DNA of 64,000 nucleotides. Origin: an uncultured Candidatus Entotheonella sp. Lineage in GTDB: Bacteria > Tectomicrobia > Entotheonellia > Entotheonellales > Entotheonellaceae. Location of the stretch: assembly GCA_965215335.1 (NCBI GenBank), contig CBDCDA010000001.1:992001-1056000 (forward strand). Direction: 5' to 3'. The notes under the pieces were generated by a model. That model was not told the origin of the DNA. It ran no database searches and saw only the letters and a program-made list of their open reading frames with translations. The position numbers and the translations under genes are program-made. Shown here piece by piece: positions 31,807 to 41,266 of the stretch; positions within the stretch are counted from its first letter, which is position 1; each line of letters starts with the position of its first letter.

Positions 31807-34800
31807 GGCGCTTGTCCTCGGCCCGGCACCGGCAGCAGCTGCTCGTCGGCCCCGCCCGCGGTCGCCATCTGGCAGCCAATCTCGGTGGCCAGAGACCGCT
31901 CCAGCACCTCGGTCGGCGGCAGGTGCAGATACACCTCGCCGTTTTCGAGCTTCGCCGGGAACACCTGCAGCCCGTAACGCTCGCCGCTCAGCGAGGCGCC
32001 GGATTCGAGCGCAAACGTCTTCTTGTGCAGCGGGCAGGCGATTTTCGGCGTCCCGCCGGCATCACCGAGAATGCCGCGCGACAGCACGAAGGCTTTCTTG
32101 TGCGGACACATCTGCTGGCTGGCGTACCACTCGCCGCGGCTGCTGAAGTTGAACACGGCGATCTGCACGCCGCCGTATTTGATGGTGGCGCCGCCGTCGG
32201 GCGGGAAATCATCCGCGCTGCCGACCTTGACCCAGGCGCGCTCGGTACCGGTGCCGGTGCTCGCCAGGCGGTCGAGCACGCCGGCCTGCTGCAGCGATAC
32301 CGCTTCCGTCGGCCAGTCCGCCGGACGCCGCTGGCCGCGTTCGGAGATGATCTCGATCGTCGGCTCGCTGGCGTCGCTGTTCACGAACTGCCGGAACAGC
32401 CGCCGCTTCTCGGGATCGTTGACCACGTCGGCCCACTCGCAGCGGTACGAATCGACCAGGAACTGCATCATGGATTCGAGCTCGTCGCAGATGCCGAGCT
32501 TGTCGTCGACGATCACTTGCCGCACATGCTCCACGCCCCCCGCCATATTTTCGAGCCACACCGCGGTGCGGCTCAGCTTGTCGGCAGTCATGATGTAATA
32601 CATGAGGAAGCGGTCGATGTAACGGATGGCGGTGGCCTCGTCGAGGTCGGCGGCCAGCAGGTCGGCGTGCCGCGGCCTGGCACCGCCGTTGCCGCCGACA
32701 TACAGGTTGTAGCCGTGCTCGGTGGCCACCAGGCCGAAGTCCTTGCCCTGCGCCTCGGCGCACTCGCGCACGCAGCCGGACACGGCGCTCTTGATCTTGT
32801 GCGGCGCTCGCACCCCCTTGTAGCGGTTTTCCAGGCGCACCGCGAAGCCGACCGAATCCTGCACGCCATAGCGGCACCACGTGGTGCCAACGCAACTCTT
32901 CACGGTGCGCAGCGCCTTGCCGTAGGCGTGACCGCTCTCGAAGCCGGCGCCTGCAAGCCTCTCCCAGATGTCCGGCAGGTTCTGCAACCGGGCGCCGAAC
33001 AGATCGATGCGCTGGCCGCCGGTGATCTTGGTGTAGAGGCCGTATTCGCGCGCCGTCTCGCCCAGGGTGATGAGCTTTTCGGGCGTAATCTCGCCGCCCG
33101 GCACGCGCGGAATCACCGAGTACAACCCGCCACGCTGCATGTTGGCGAGGGGGGGGAAACGGTCGTTGGTGTCCTGCAGGGTGTGGTGCGCCGGGTCGCT
33201 GATCGTCTCGTTCCACAGCGCCGCCAGGATGGAGGTGACGGCCGGCTTGCACACCTCGCAGCCATTGCCGCTGCCGTACTGGCCGATTGTCTCGGCAAAC
33301 GTCTTCAGTTGCTTCGCCTTGATGATGGCGAACAGTTCGGTGCGTGAATAGGGAAAGTGCTCGCACATGTGGTGGCTGACGACGACGCCGGCCGCGGCCA
33401 TGACGGCGTTGAACAGATCGGTGACCAAGGGCAAGCAGCCGCCGCAGCCGGTCCCGGCCCGGGTGGCGGCTTTGAGGTCCGCCAGGGTGGTGATTTCCTG
33501 TTCGCGCATGGCGTCGCAGATAGCGCCCTTGGTGAGGTTGTTGCAGGAACAGATTTGCGCCGCATCGGCCATGGCGTCGACGCCCACCAGGGTTCCGGTG
33601 CCACCCGAACGGCCCAGGAGCAGCGCGTTGGGGCGGCACGGCAGCGGCTCGCCACTCCGGGCCAGCACGGACAACGAACCGTAGTCGTCGGCGTCGCCGA
33701 CCAGCACGCCGCCGATCAGCCGGGTGCCGTCGGGGCTGAACAACAGCTTCTTGTAGACGCCGTCGAAGGGGTCTTCCCAGGTGAGCGGGCAAGCGACCTC
33801 GGCATCCGCCTCGTGGTCTCCGAAGCTGGCGACGTCCACGCCCATGAGCTTCAGCCTGGTGGACAGGTCGGCACCGTTGAAGCGCGCGTCGCCGCCGCTG
33901 AGGTTGGCGGCGACGACCTCGGCCATCTCGTAGCCCGGCGCCACCAGACCGTAGATCATGCCGCCAAACAGCGCCACCTCGCCAATGGCGTAGATCGACG
34001 GGTCGGAGGTTTGCAAGAGATCGTTGACCGCCACGCCGCCGCGCTCGCCCACTGCGATGCCGCAGGCGCGCGCCAGGTCGTCGCGCGGGCGAATGCCGGC
34101 GGAGACGATGATCATCTCCACGTCCAGCACCTCGCCGTCCTGGAAACGCATGCCGGCCACGCGGCCGTTGCCCAGCACCTCCCGGGTGGCCTTGTCGAGG
34201 TGCACACGGACGCCGAGGTCTTCGATCTTGCCCACCAGGACGCGCGAGCCGGCGGCGTCGATCTGCCGTGGCATCAGGCGCGGGGCGAATTCCACCACGT
34301 GCGTCTCCAGGCCGAGGTCGTATGCCGCCTTGGCTGCCTCGAGGCCGAGCAGGCCGCCGCCGATGACAGCGGCGCGCTTCACCCCGCTGCCGTAGTCGAT
34401 GATGCGCTCCAGGTCCTCGATGGTGCGGTAGACGAACACGCCGCGCTTTTCGATGCCCGGCACGGGCGGCACGAACGGGTACGAGCCGGTGGCCAGCACC
34501 ACCGTGTCGTAGGCCACCTCGACGCCCTTGTCGGAACGCACCACCTTGGCGCGGCGGTCGATGTCGTTGGCGCGGTCGCCGATGTGCAATTCCACGCCGT
34601 TGGCCTGGTACCAGGCCATCTTGGTCATCATGAGCTTCTGCGCGTCGCGGTGCGCGAAAAACGAGGTGAGACCAACGCGGTCATAGGCCGCGCGGGGTTC
34701 CTCGCAAAAGGTGATCAGTCGGAATTGCCGGTCGGTGTCGCGTCCGACGAGCTGTTCGCAGAAGCGCTGCCCGACCATGCCGTTGCCGATCACGACAACG

Positions 34801-34835
34801 TTTCGGCGTCCATCATGTGTGTCAGTCGTTTGCAT
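31803..34835 (-). CDS. nirB: NADH-dependent siroheme nitrite reductase NirB fused to NirD Rieske-like domain
   Basis: GNGMVG, GGGLLGLEAA, CSCNN..GTGCGGC, KSCVGTTWCRYG, VSGCVRECAEA; C-terminal CPHK..VLSRG..CPLHKK. Confidence 0.95.
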   Translation of the reverse strand: MQTTDTHDGRRNVVVIGNGMVGQRFCEQLVGRDTDRQFRLITFCEEPRAAYDRVGLTSFFAHRDAQKLMMTKMAWYQANGVELHIGDRANDIDRRAKVVRSDKGVEVAYDTVVLATGSYPFVPPVPGIEKRGVFVYRTIEDLERIIDYGSGVKRAAVIGGGLLGLEAAKAAYDLGLETHVVEFAPRLMPRQIDAAGSRVLVGKIEDLGVRVHLDKATREVLGNGRVAGMRFQDGEVLDVEMIIVSAGIRPRDDLARACGIAVGERGGVAVNDLLQTSDPSIYAIGEVALFGGMIYGLVAPGYEMAEVVAANLSGGDARFNGADLSTRLKLMGVDVASFGDHEADAEVACPLTWEDPFDGVYKKLLFSPDGTRLIGGVLVGDADDYGSLSVLARSGEPLPCRPNALLLGRSGGTGTLVGVDAMADAAQICSCNNLTKGAICDAMREQEITTLADLKAATRAGTGCGGCLPLVTDLFNAVMAAAGVVVSHHMCEHFPYSRTELFAIIKAKQLKTFAETIGQYGSGNGCEVCKPAVTSILAALWNETISDPAHHTLQDTNDRFPPLANMQRGGLYSVIPRVPGGEITPEKLITLGETAREYGLYTKITGGQRIDLFGARLQNLPDIWERLAGAGFESGHAYGKALRTVKSCVGTTWCRYGVQDSVGFAVRLENRYKGVRAPHKIKSAVSGCVRECAEAQGKDFGLVATEHGYNLYVGGNGGARPRHADLLAADLDEATAIRYIDRFLMYYIMTADKLSRTAVWLENMAGGVEHVRQVIVDDKLGICDELESMMQFLVDSYRCEWADVVNDPEKRRLFRQFVNSDASEPTIEIISERGQRRPADWPTEAVSLQQAGVLDRLASTGTGTERAWVKVGSADDFPPDGGATIKYGGVQIAVFNFSSRGEWYASQQMCPHKKAFVLSRGILGDAGGTPKIACPLHKKTFALESGASLSGERYGLQVFPAKLENGEVYLHLPPTEVLERSLATEIGCQMATAGGADEQLLPVPGRGQAP

Positions 34836-34875
34836 GGCCCCCCCGCCTGTCCTCTGGCATGGTTGAAGCGGGTTA

Positions 34876-36219
34876 TTATGCCGCCGTGCGCAGCGCCGCC
34901 TGGCGCTGCGCCAGGGCCTCGGCCAAGGCGGCTTTCTCCGCCGCCTCCACCTCGGGCGAGAAACGCACACACAGCGCCAGGCTCGACGACACCGCCACGG
35001 CGATGCCGAGGATCAGCAGGGCGTCCTGGGTGGCCAGCGATTCGACCCGGAACAGGAAGCCGGCCGCCACCGCCCCGGCATTGCCACCGGCGCCGACGAT
35101 GCCGGCCACCGGACCGACCGCCTTCTTGTTGATGAACGGCACGATGCCGTAAGTGGCGCCTTCGGACATCTGCACAAAGAGGCTGAAGACGATCATGGCG
35201 CCGACCGCGATGCCCAGGGCCGGCATGCGGGAAAAGAGCATCAGCGCTACGCCTTCGAGCAGCAGCACGCAACCCAGGAACCACACCCGGCCGCGCAGCC
35301 CGCCGCGGCGCGCGAAGGTGTCCGAAAAGATGCCGCCCAGGGTGCGCGCGAAAATGTTCATCAGGCCGAACAGCCCGGCTATCAGACCCGCGGTGCCGAC
35401 GCTGAGCCCGAACCGATCATGGAAATACAGCGCCGCAACGTTGTTGATGGTCAGTTCGATGCCGAAGCACGCTGCATAGATCACGAACAGGACCCAGACG
35501 CGATAGTCTCTGGCCGCCGCCGCGAACGAGCCGTGCGACTTGTCGCTGCGCGGCGCCATGCGGCCCTGCGCGCGCAGGTCGCGGTAGTTGCCATCCGGAG
35601 CGTCCTGGGTGAACAGGAAATAGGCGATACCGGTAACGAACAGCACGGCGCCGGGGACGACCATGGCCAGCCGCCAGCCCAGGAACTTGCCGACGCCGAG
35701 CATCAGGAAGGCCGCGAAGAGCAGCGGCATCACCATCTGGGTGACGCCGCCGCCGAGGTTGCCCCACCCCGCGGTGGTGGCGTTGGCCGTGCCCACGCAG
35801 TTGGGGGCGAACATCATCGAGGTATGGTACTGGGTGATGACGAACGACGCGCCGATGGCGCCGATGGCCAGCCGGAAGAGCAGGAACGCCTCGTAGCTCT
35901 GTGCCAGGCCGATGCCCATGACCGGCAGCGAGCCGAGGATCAGCAGCCACGTGTACGTGAGCCGCGAGCCGAATTTGTCGCACAGCGGCCCGATCAGGAG
36001 CCGTACCAGCACCGTGATGGCGACCGAGGCGATGATGGTGTTGCCGATCTGCGCCTTGGTGAGCATCAGGTCCTCGCGCACGATAGCCATCAGCGGCGCG
36101 ATGCCGAACCAGCCGAAGAAGCACAGGAAAAAGGCGAACCACGTCATGTGGAACGCCCGCATCTGCGGTGTCCTGAGGCTGAACAGGTTGATCCGGGTCG
36201 CCTTGTTGAAGATTTCCAC
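34876..36219 (-). CDS. narK: NarK/NRT2 nitrate-nitrite MFS transporter
   Basis: FHMTWFAFF, AGWGNLGGG, ARTLGG, GIVGAGGNAG nitrate signatures; GGAGG RBS before the GTG. Confidence 0.93.
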   Translation of the reverse strand: MEIFNKATRINLFSLRTPQMRAFHMTWFAFFLCFFGWFGIAPLMAIVREDLMLTKAQIGNTIIASVAITVLVRLLIGPLCDKFGSRLTYTWLLILGSLPVMGIGLAQSYEAFLLFRLAIGAIGASFVITQYHTSMMFAPNCVGTANATTAGWGNLGGGVTQMVMPLLFAAFLMLGVGKFLGWRLAMVVPGAVLFVTGIAYFLFTQDAPDGNYRDLRAQGRMAPRSDKSHGSFAAAARDYRVWVLFVIYAACFGIELTINNVAALYFHDRFGLSVGTAGLIAGLFGLMNIFARTLGGIFSDTFARRGGLRGRVWFLGCVLLLEGVALMLFSRMPALGIAVGAMIVFSLFVQMSEGATYGIVPFINKKAVGPVAGIVGAGGNAGAVAAGFLFRVESLATQDALLILGIAVAVSSSLALCVRFSPEVEAAEKAALAEALAQRQAALRTAA

Positions 36220-36311
36220 GCTGTCCCCCCTCCCCTTATGCCGCGCCGTTCCGGGGAATGTGTTGCCTGACGCCGCTGATGCGGCGCGTTCGTCAGATGG
36301 ACGAGGGAAGG

Positions 36312-36328
36312 TGCAAGAGATGTGCCAA
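36312..36328 (-). promoter_or_regulatory. Sigma54 (-24/-12) promoter of the nitrate operon
   Basis: TTGGCAC-ATCTC-TTGCA on the minus strand, about 95 bp upstream of narK; matches TGGCAC-N5-TTGC. Confidence 0.85.
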
Positions 36329-36475
36329 GGCGCAAGCGGTACGGCATCCGGTGCCGGGAAAGCCAGATAACTTATTGTGAGACAGTGGGTTGTACGGATA
36401 CGAGGGGGGGAGTCAGGGCTGTGACGCATGGCCGCCTATCCGACGATAGTGGCAACAATATGGTTGGAATTCAAT

Positions 36476-36500
36476 AAAAAGCGACGATTTCGTCGTTTTT
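36476..36500. promoter_or_regulatory. Palindrome, candidate enhancer-binding-protein site
   Basis: AAAAAG-CGACGA-TT-TCGTCG-TTTTT about 150 bp upstream of the sigma54 motif. Confidence 0.45.
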
Positions 36501-36934
36501 CTGGTGATGTGACCTGCGGCTGGGCTTGGAAACCGACGCCCGCACCCGAACATCTTGCCATCGAAAGACGCCGGCGGCGTCAGGGTGGCCTTGAGCGTTG
36601 ACATGCCGGCTGGAATAGCTGCGCGGGCCTCGGGAGACAGTGACGTTACCGGTTTGTACCCTCCCCTCCAGTGCGATTACCCAGCGCCTGCCGTCGCTGC
36701 ACGGAGTCGCCTGGCTGGGCATCGAACGCATCAATGGCATCCCTTGGAACAAGGGTGCCGTTGCTTTGCGGACACGCGGCGCAGACCTCCGGCTGCGCCT
36801 TCCCGTGGACAGGCTTTCGGCCCGTCACAACGCAAGTGTGTGAGATGTCACTTGATCTCAAGTGCGCAGTTGATGGTGACGGCGCTCCCGCCCTTTTCTT
36901 CGCTCGTGCAGCGCCTGGGACGGCTCAACAGACG

Positions 36935-37421
36935 ATGGGAGATCGAACAGGGCGCACACGGAAAAAGGTTTTACGAGGCAGAAAGGCCATTGTAACCGGC
37001 GGCAAGCCGCGGCATTGGCAAGGCGATCGCCCTGGAACTGGCCCGCGAGGGCGTGGACGTGGCTATTGCGGCGCGCGGCCTGGAGGAATTGACGACGACA
37101 GCCGAGGAACTGGCGGCCAAAACCGGGCAGCGCGTCGTTCCGATTGTAACCGACGTAACCAGCCGCGAACAGGTTGACCGCATGACCGATCAGGCCGCCG
37201 AGCTGCTCGGCGGCCTGCACATCCTGGTCAATAGCGGTGCCCTGCCCGGCGACTCTCCAACGGCGGTCGGGCACCTCGACACGGTGGTCGACGAAGACCT
37301 GCTGCAGGATTTCAAGTCAAGCATGTCGGCGCCCTGCGCTGCTGCCGATAAAGCCTGGGCCGTCACCGGTGAGCTGATCGTTGCGAATGGTGGTACCGGC
37401 TACCGGCGCGGCCGTGTATGA
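36935..37421 (+). pseudogene. SDR-family oxidoreductase relic (frameshifts plus large internal deletion)
   Basis: KAIVTGG|SRGIGKAIALELAREG is broken by an extra A; LVNSG present; jumps from ..VGALRC to AWAVTGELIVANGG with no YxxxK. Confidence 0.8.
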
Positions 37422-37442
37422 CCGATGGTTGCCCGCTGCCCT

Positions 37443-39561
37443 CTACAGGAACAACGGCGCCAGCACCAGGGTAATGGTGCTGAGGAGCTTGATGACCACG
37501 TGCAGCGACGGGCCAGCGGTGTCCTTGAACGGGTCGCCGACGGTGTCGCCGACCACCGCGGCCTTGTGGGTCTCGGACCCCTTGCCGCCGTGGGCGCCGG
37601 TCTCGACGTATTTCTTGGCGTTGTCCCAGGCGCCACCGCCGTTGTTGAGGACGGTGGCCACGAGGATGCCGGCGATGGTGCCGATCATCAGCAGCGCCGC
37701 CACGGCTTCCGCGCCTATCCCAAACTGGCGGAAGATGAGTCCGACGACGATCGGCATGCCGACGGTCAGCAACCCGGGTAGAACCATCTGCCGCAGGGCG
37801 CCCGCAGCGACGATGTCGACGCACTGGCGATAGGAAGGCTTTTCGGTGCCCTCGAGGATGCCGGGGTGCTCACGGAACTGCCGCCGCACCTCGTTGATGA
37901 CATAGTAAGCGGCCTTGCCGACGGCGCGGGTCGCCAGCGCCGAGAACAGGAAGATCAGCATGGCGCCGAGCAGACCGGCGACGAACACCTCGGGCTTGGC
38001 GATGTCCACCGCGGCCACGAAGTCCTTGTCGTAGTGCCTGATCTCGTCCAGGTAGGCGGTGAACAGCAGGAAGGCGGCGAGGGCGGCGCTGCCGATGGCG
38101 TAGCCCTTGGTGAGCGCCTTGGTGGTATTGCCCACCGCGTCCAGGCGGTCGGTCTTGACGCGGATTTCCTCCGGCTGTTCGCTCATCTCGATAATGCCGC
38201 CAGCGTTGTCGGCGATCGGCCCGAAGGTGTCCATGGCCAGGATGTAGGCAGCGGTGCCCAGCATGCCCATGGTGGCCACCGCGGTGCCGAAAGAAGCCGG
38301 CGTGCTCGACACCGCTCGCCAGGCCGATGTGGTAGGACGCCACGATGGCGACGGCGATGACGATGACCGGCAGGGCGGTCGATTCGCAGGCCACCGCGAA
38401 CCCGGTGATGATGTTGGTGGCGGGCCCGGTCTCCGACGCCTCGGCAATCGAGCGCACCGGGCGATATTTGTATTCGGTGTAGTACTGCGTGATGTAGACG
38501 AACACCATCGCCGTCGCCAGTCCGATCAGCCCGCAAATCCAGAAATAGAACCACGCCTGCGGCGCCTGCGGGGTGGACATCAGCCAATAGCAGCCGATGC
38601 CGAAGCCAATGCCGGCCAGCACCGTGGTGAGGTAATACCCTTTGTTGAGCGCCTGCATCGGGTCGCCGTCTTCGTCCGTTTTCACCACCATGACGCCGAC
38701 GATGGAAGCCAGCAGGCCGAAGGCGCGCACGACCAGCGGGAACAGCACGCCCTTGATCCCAAAGTAGGGATACAGCGCGACGCCCAGGATCATGGCGCCG
38801 ATGTTCTCGGCGGCCGTGGACTCGAACAGGTCGGCGCCACGTCCGGCGCAGTCGCCGACGTTGTCGCCCACCAGGTCGGCGATGACCGCCGGATTGCGGG
38901 GATCGTCCTCGGGAATGCCCGCTTCGACCTTGCCCACCAGGTCGGCGCCGACGTCAGCCGCCTTCGTGTAGATGCCGCCGCCGAGTTGCGCGAACAGCGC
39001 CACGAAACTCGCCCCGAAGCCGTAGCCGACGATCAGGAAGGGAATCTTCTTGTCCTCGATGCCCAGCAGCCACAGCAGCAGGAACAGGCCGCCGACGCCG
39101 ATCAGACTCATGGCGACGACGAACAGGCCGGACACCGCGCCGCCGCGAAGCGCGATGCGCAGCCCGTCGTTCAGACTGGTACGGGCCGCCGATGCCGTGC
39201 GGATATTGGTGCGGATGGAGACGAACATGCCGATGTAGCCCGCGATGCCCGAGCACAGGGCGCCGAAAATGAACGACCCGGCGACGTAGATCGCCATCTG
39301 GATGCGGTCCACCGGGTCGGCGGCGTTCTCGGGCCGGATGTAGGCATACAGCACGAAGAGGATGACCGTGACTGGCACCGTCAGCAGAGTGATGGTGCCG
39401 TACTGCCGCCGCAGGAAGGCTTCGGCACCCTCGCGGATGGCGTCCGAAATGCTCCGCATCTCCTGCGTGCCGTCGTCCTTCTGCAACACCCAGCGCGCCA
39501 GATAGACGGCAAAGACGAGGCCAAACACGCTACACACAATGGTCAGTACCAGTTGAACCAC
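37443..39561 (-). pseudogene. hppA: Membrane-bound H+-translocating pyrophosphatase, single frameshift near 38290 (real or assembly error)
   Basis: GGGIYTKAADVGADLVGKVE, EDDPRN, DNVGDCAG in one frame; DNAGG, GNTTKA, GGAWDNAKK, GDTVGDPFKDT in another. Confidence 0.9.
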
Positions 39562-39901
39562 AAGTCGTCCTCCATTACGGATACGTTGCGAAAAGCAGAG
39601 AGCGCGACACGACAACGGGCCGCCCTTTCCGTGCGCGTCGAACACGGTTGCGCTGCTGAAACCGGCTGTTTCAGGGGCCGCTGCGCCTTCTGCCCTGCTA
39701 TGCGGGATGGGATGAATCGCGGCGAGAACCAACGATAACGAGCGGAATTGTAGCACATCGGCCGCTGCGGGCGGTCCGCATCCAGGAATATCGGCGTGCA
39801 CCGGACGGGTGTGGGAGGTATAGTGAAGGACAAAAGTCGCAAAACCGGTATTGGTGTATCCCGAATGCATTCAATCATGGGGCAGGAAAGCGAGGGGTCC
39901 G

Positions 39902-41266
39902 ATGCTGCGAAGAGCGCTGATCGGTTTTAGCACGCTGACGATTCTGATCGTGGGCGTTGTCGGCATGAAGGCGTTGAAGGATATGCGCGAACCTCCGGAG
40001 CGCCGGATCATCGACAATCCGGGGCCGGTGGTGCGTGTGCTCAAGGTGGAGCCGCGCGACGTGCCGCTTTCCGTAGCCGGATTCGGCACCGTACGGGCCA
40101 AGCACGTCTGGAGCGTCGCGCCCGAGGTGTCGGGGACGATTGTCGAGTTGTCACCGCAGGTGCGGGCCGGGTTGCACGTCAGGCGCGGCGACCTGTTGTT
40201 CGAAATCGATCCGCGCTCGTTCCGGCTGGCCGTACAGCGTATTCAGTCCCGCTTGATTCAGCACGAGAAAGAAATCGCCGTCCTCCAGCAGCAGCGGAAG
40301 AATGACCTCGAAACCCTCGAACTGGCGCGCCACAACCTGTCCATCGCAGAAGAAGACCTGCGGCGCGATGAAGAGCTGGCGCGCAAGGGCACCATTTCCC
40401 CGCGTGAGCGCGATCGCCGGCAGCAGGCACGGAACGAGGCGCTGCGTTCGGTGCAAAACGTCGAAAATCAGCTGGCCTTGAACGGGCCGCGGGTCGAGCA
40501 GGCCGAAGCCGCCATCGAGGTGGCGCGGGCGGAGTTGGAAGAAGCCAGGTTGAAACTCGGCAAGACGCGCTTGCTGGCGCCCGCCGACGGCCAACTCGTT
40601 CAGACCACCCTCGACCTCGGCGAGTTCGTCACCGCCGGGCGTGAAGTCGCCTCCCTGTATGGCACGGACGCCGCGGAAATTCCCATCGCCGTGTCCATGG
40701 ACGAGCTCCGCTGGCTGCCGACGCTGTCGCCGGATCACTTCTCGCCCACGGCAGATTCCAATCCGGCATCAAGGGACCTCCTGCCCACAGCCACGGTTCA
40801 CTGGCAAGGCGGCCAGCGCGATTATGTCTGGCAAGGCAAAGTGTCGCGTTGGGAGGCCGGCCTGGATGCGCGGACGCGTACCCTGACCCTGGTGGTGGAA
40901 GTCCCGCGTCCCTGGGATTCGTTCCGTCCCGGCGAACACCCTGCCCTGCAACCCGGCATGTTCTGCCGGGTTGAAATTTCCGCCGGCAGCCAGCCCCATG
41001 CCGTGGTCATTCCCCGTACCGCTTTGCACGACGACAACACGGTATATCTCGTCAGCGACGACCGCCTCGCTCGTCGCCAGGTGGAAGTTCTGCGTTTCCT
41101 CCAGAATCAAGCCATCATCAGCGCCGGCCTGGAACCCGGAGACCGGCTCGTTGTTTCTCCTCTCAGCGCTCCGGTCATTGGCATGAAGCTTCGCGCCCTG
41201 GAAGTCGAACCCGCACCACCCGCCATCCTGACCCAAGACATCGTCGCACGGCAAGAGGAGCGCTAA
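39902..41266 (+). CDS. RND efflux periplasmic adaptor (MFP)
   Basis: N-terminal TM, PEVSG, coiled-coil hairpin, APADG, PGMF, IPRTAL. Confidence 0.9.
   Translation: MLRRALIGFSTLTILIVGVVGMKALKDMREPPERRIIDNPGPVVRVLKVEPRDVPLSVAGFGTVRAKHVWSVAPEVSGTIVELSPQVRAGLHVRRGDLLFEIDPRSFRLAVQRIQSRLIQHEKEIAVLQQQRKNDLETLELARHNLSIAEEDLRRDEELARKGTISPRERDRRQQARNEALRSVQNVENQLALNGPRVEQAEAAIEVARAELEEARLKLGKTRLLAPADGQLVQTTLDLGEFVTAGREVASLYGTDAAEIPIAVSMDELRWLPTLSPDHFSPTADSNPASRDLLPTATVHWQGGQRDYVWQGKVSRWEAGLDARTRTLTLVVEVPRPWDSFRPGEHPALQPGMFCRVEISAGSQPHAVVIPRTALHDDNTVYLVSDDRLARRQVEVLRFLQNQAIISAGLEPGDRLVVSPLSAPVIGMKLRALEVEPAPPAILTQDIVARQEER

Noticed and set aside
36220..36310. ANTAR (NasR/NasT) dual-hairpin leader before narK
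   Set aside because: Some short stems exist, but two convincing hexaloop motifs and a terminator could not be identified
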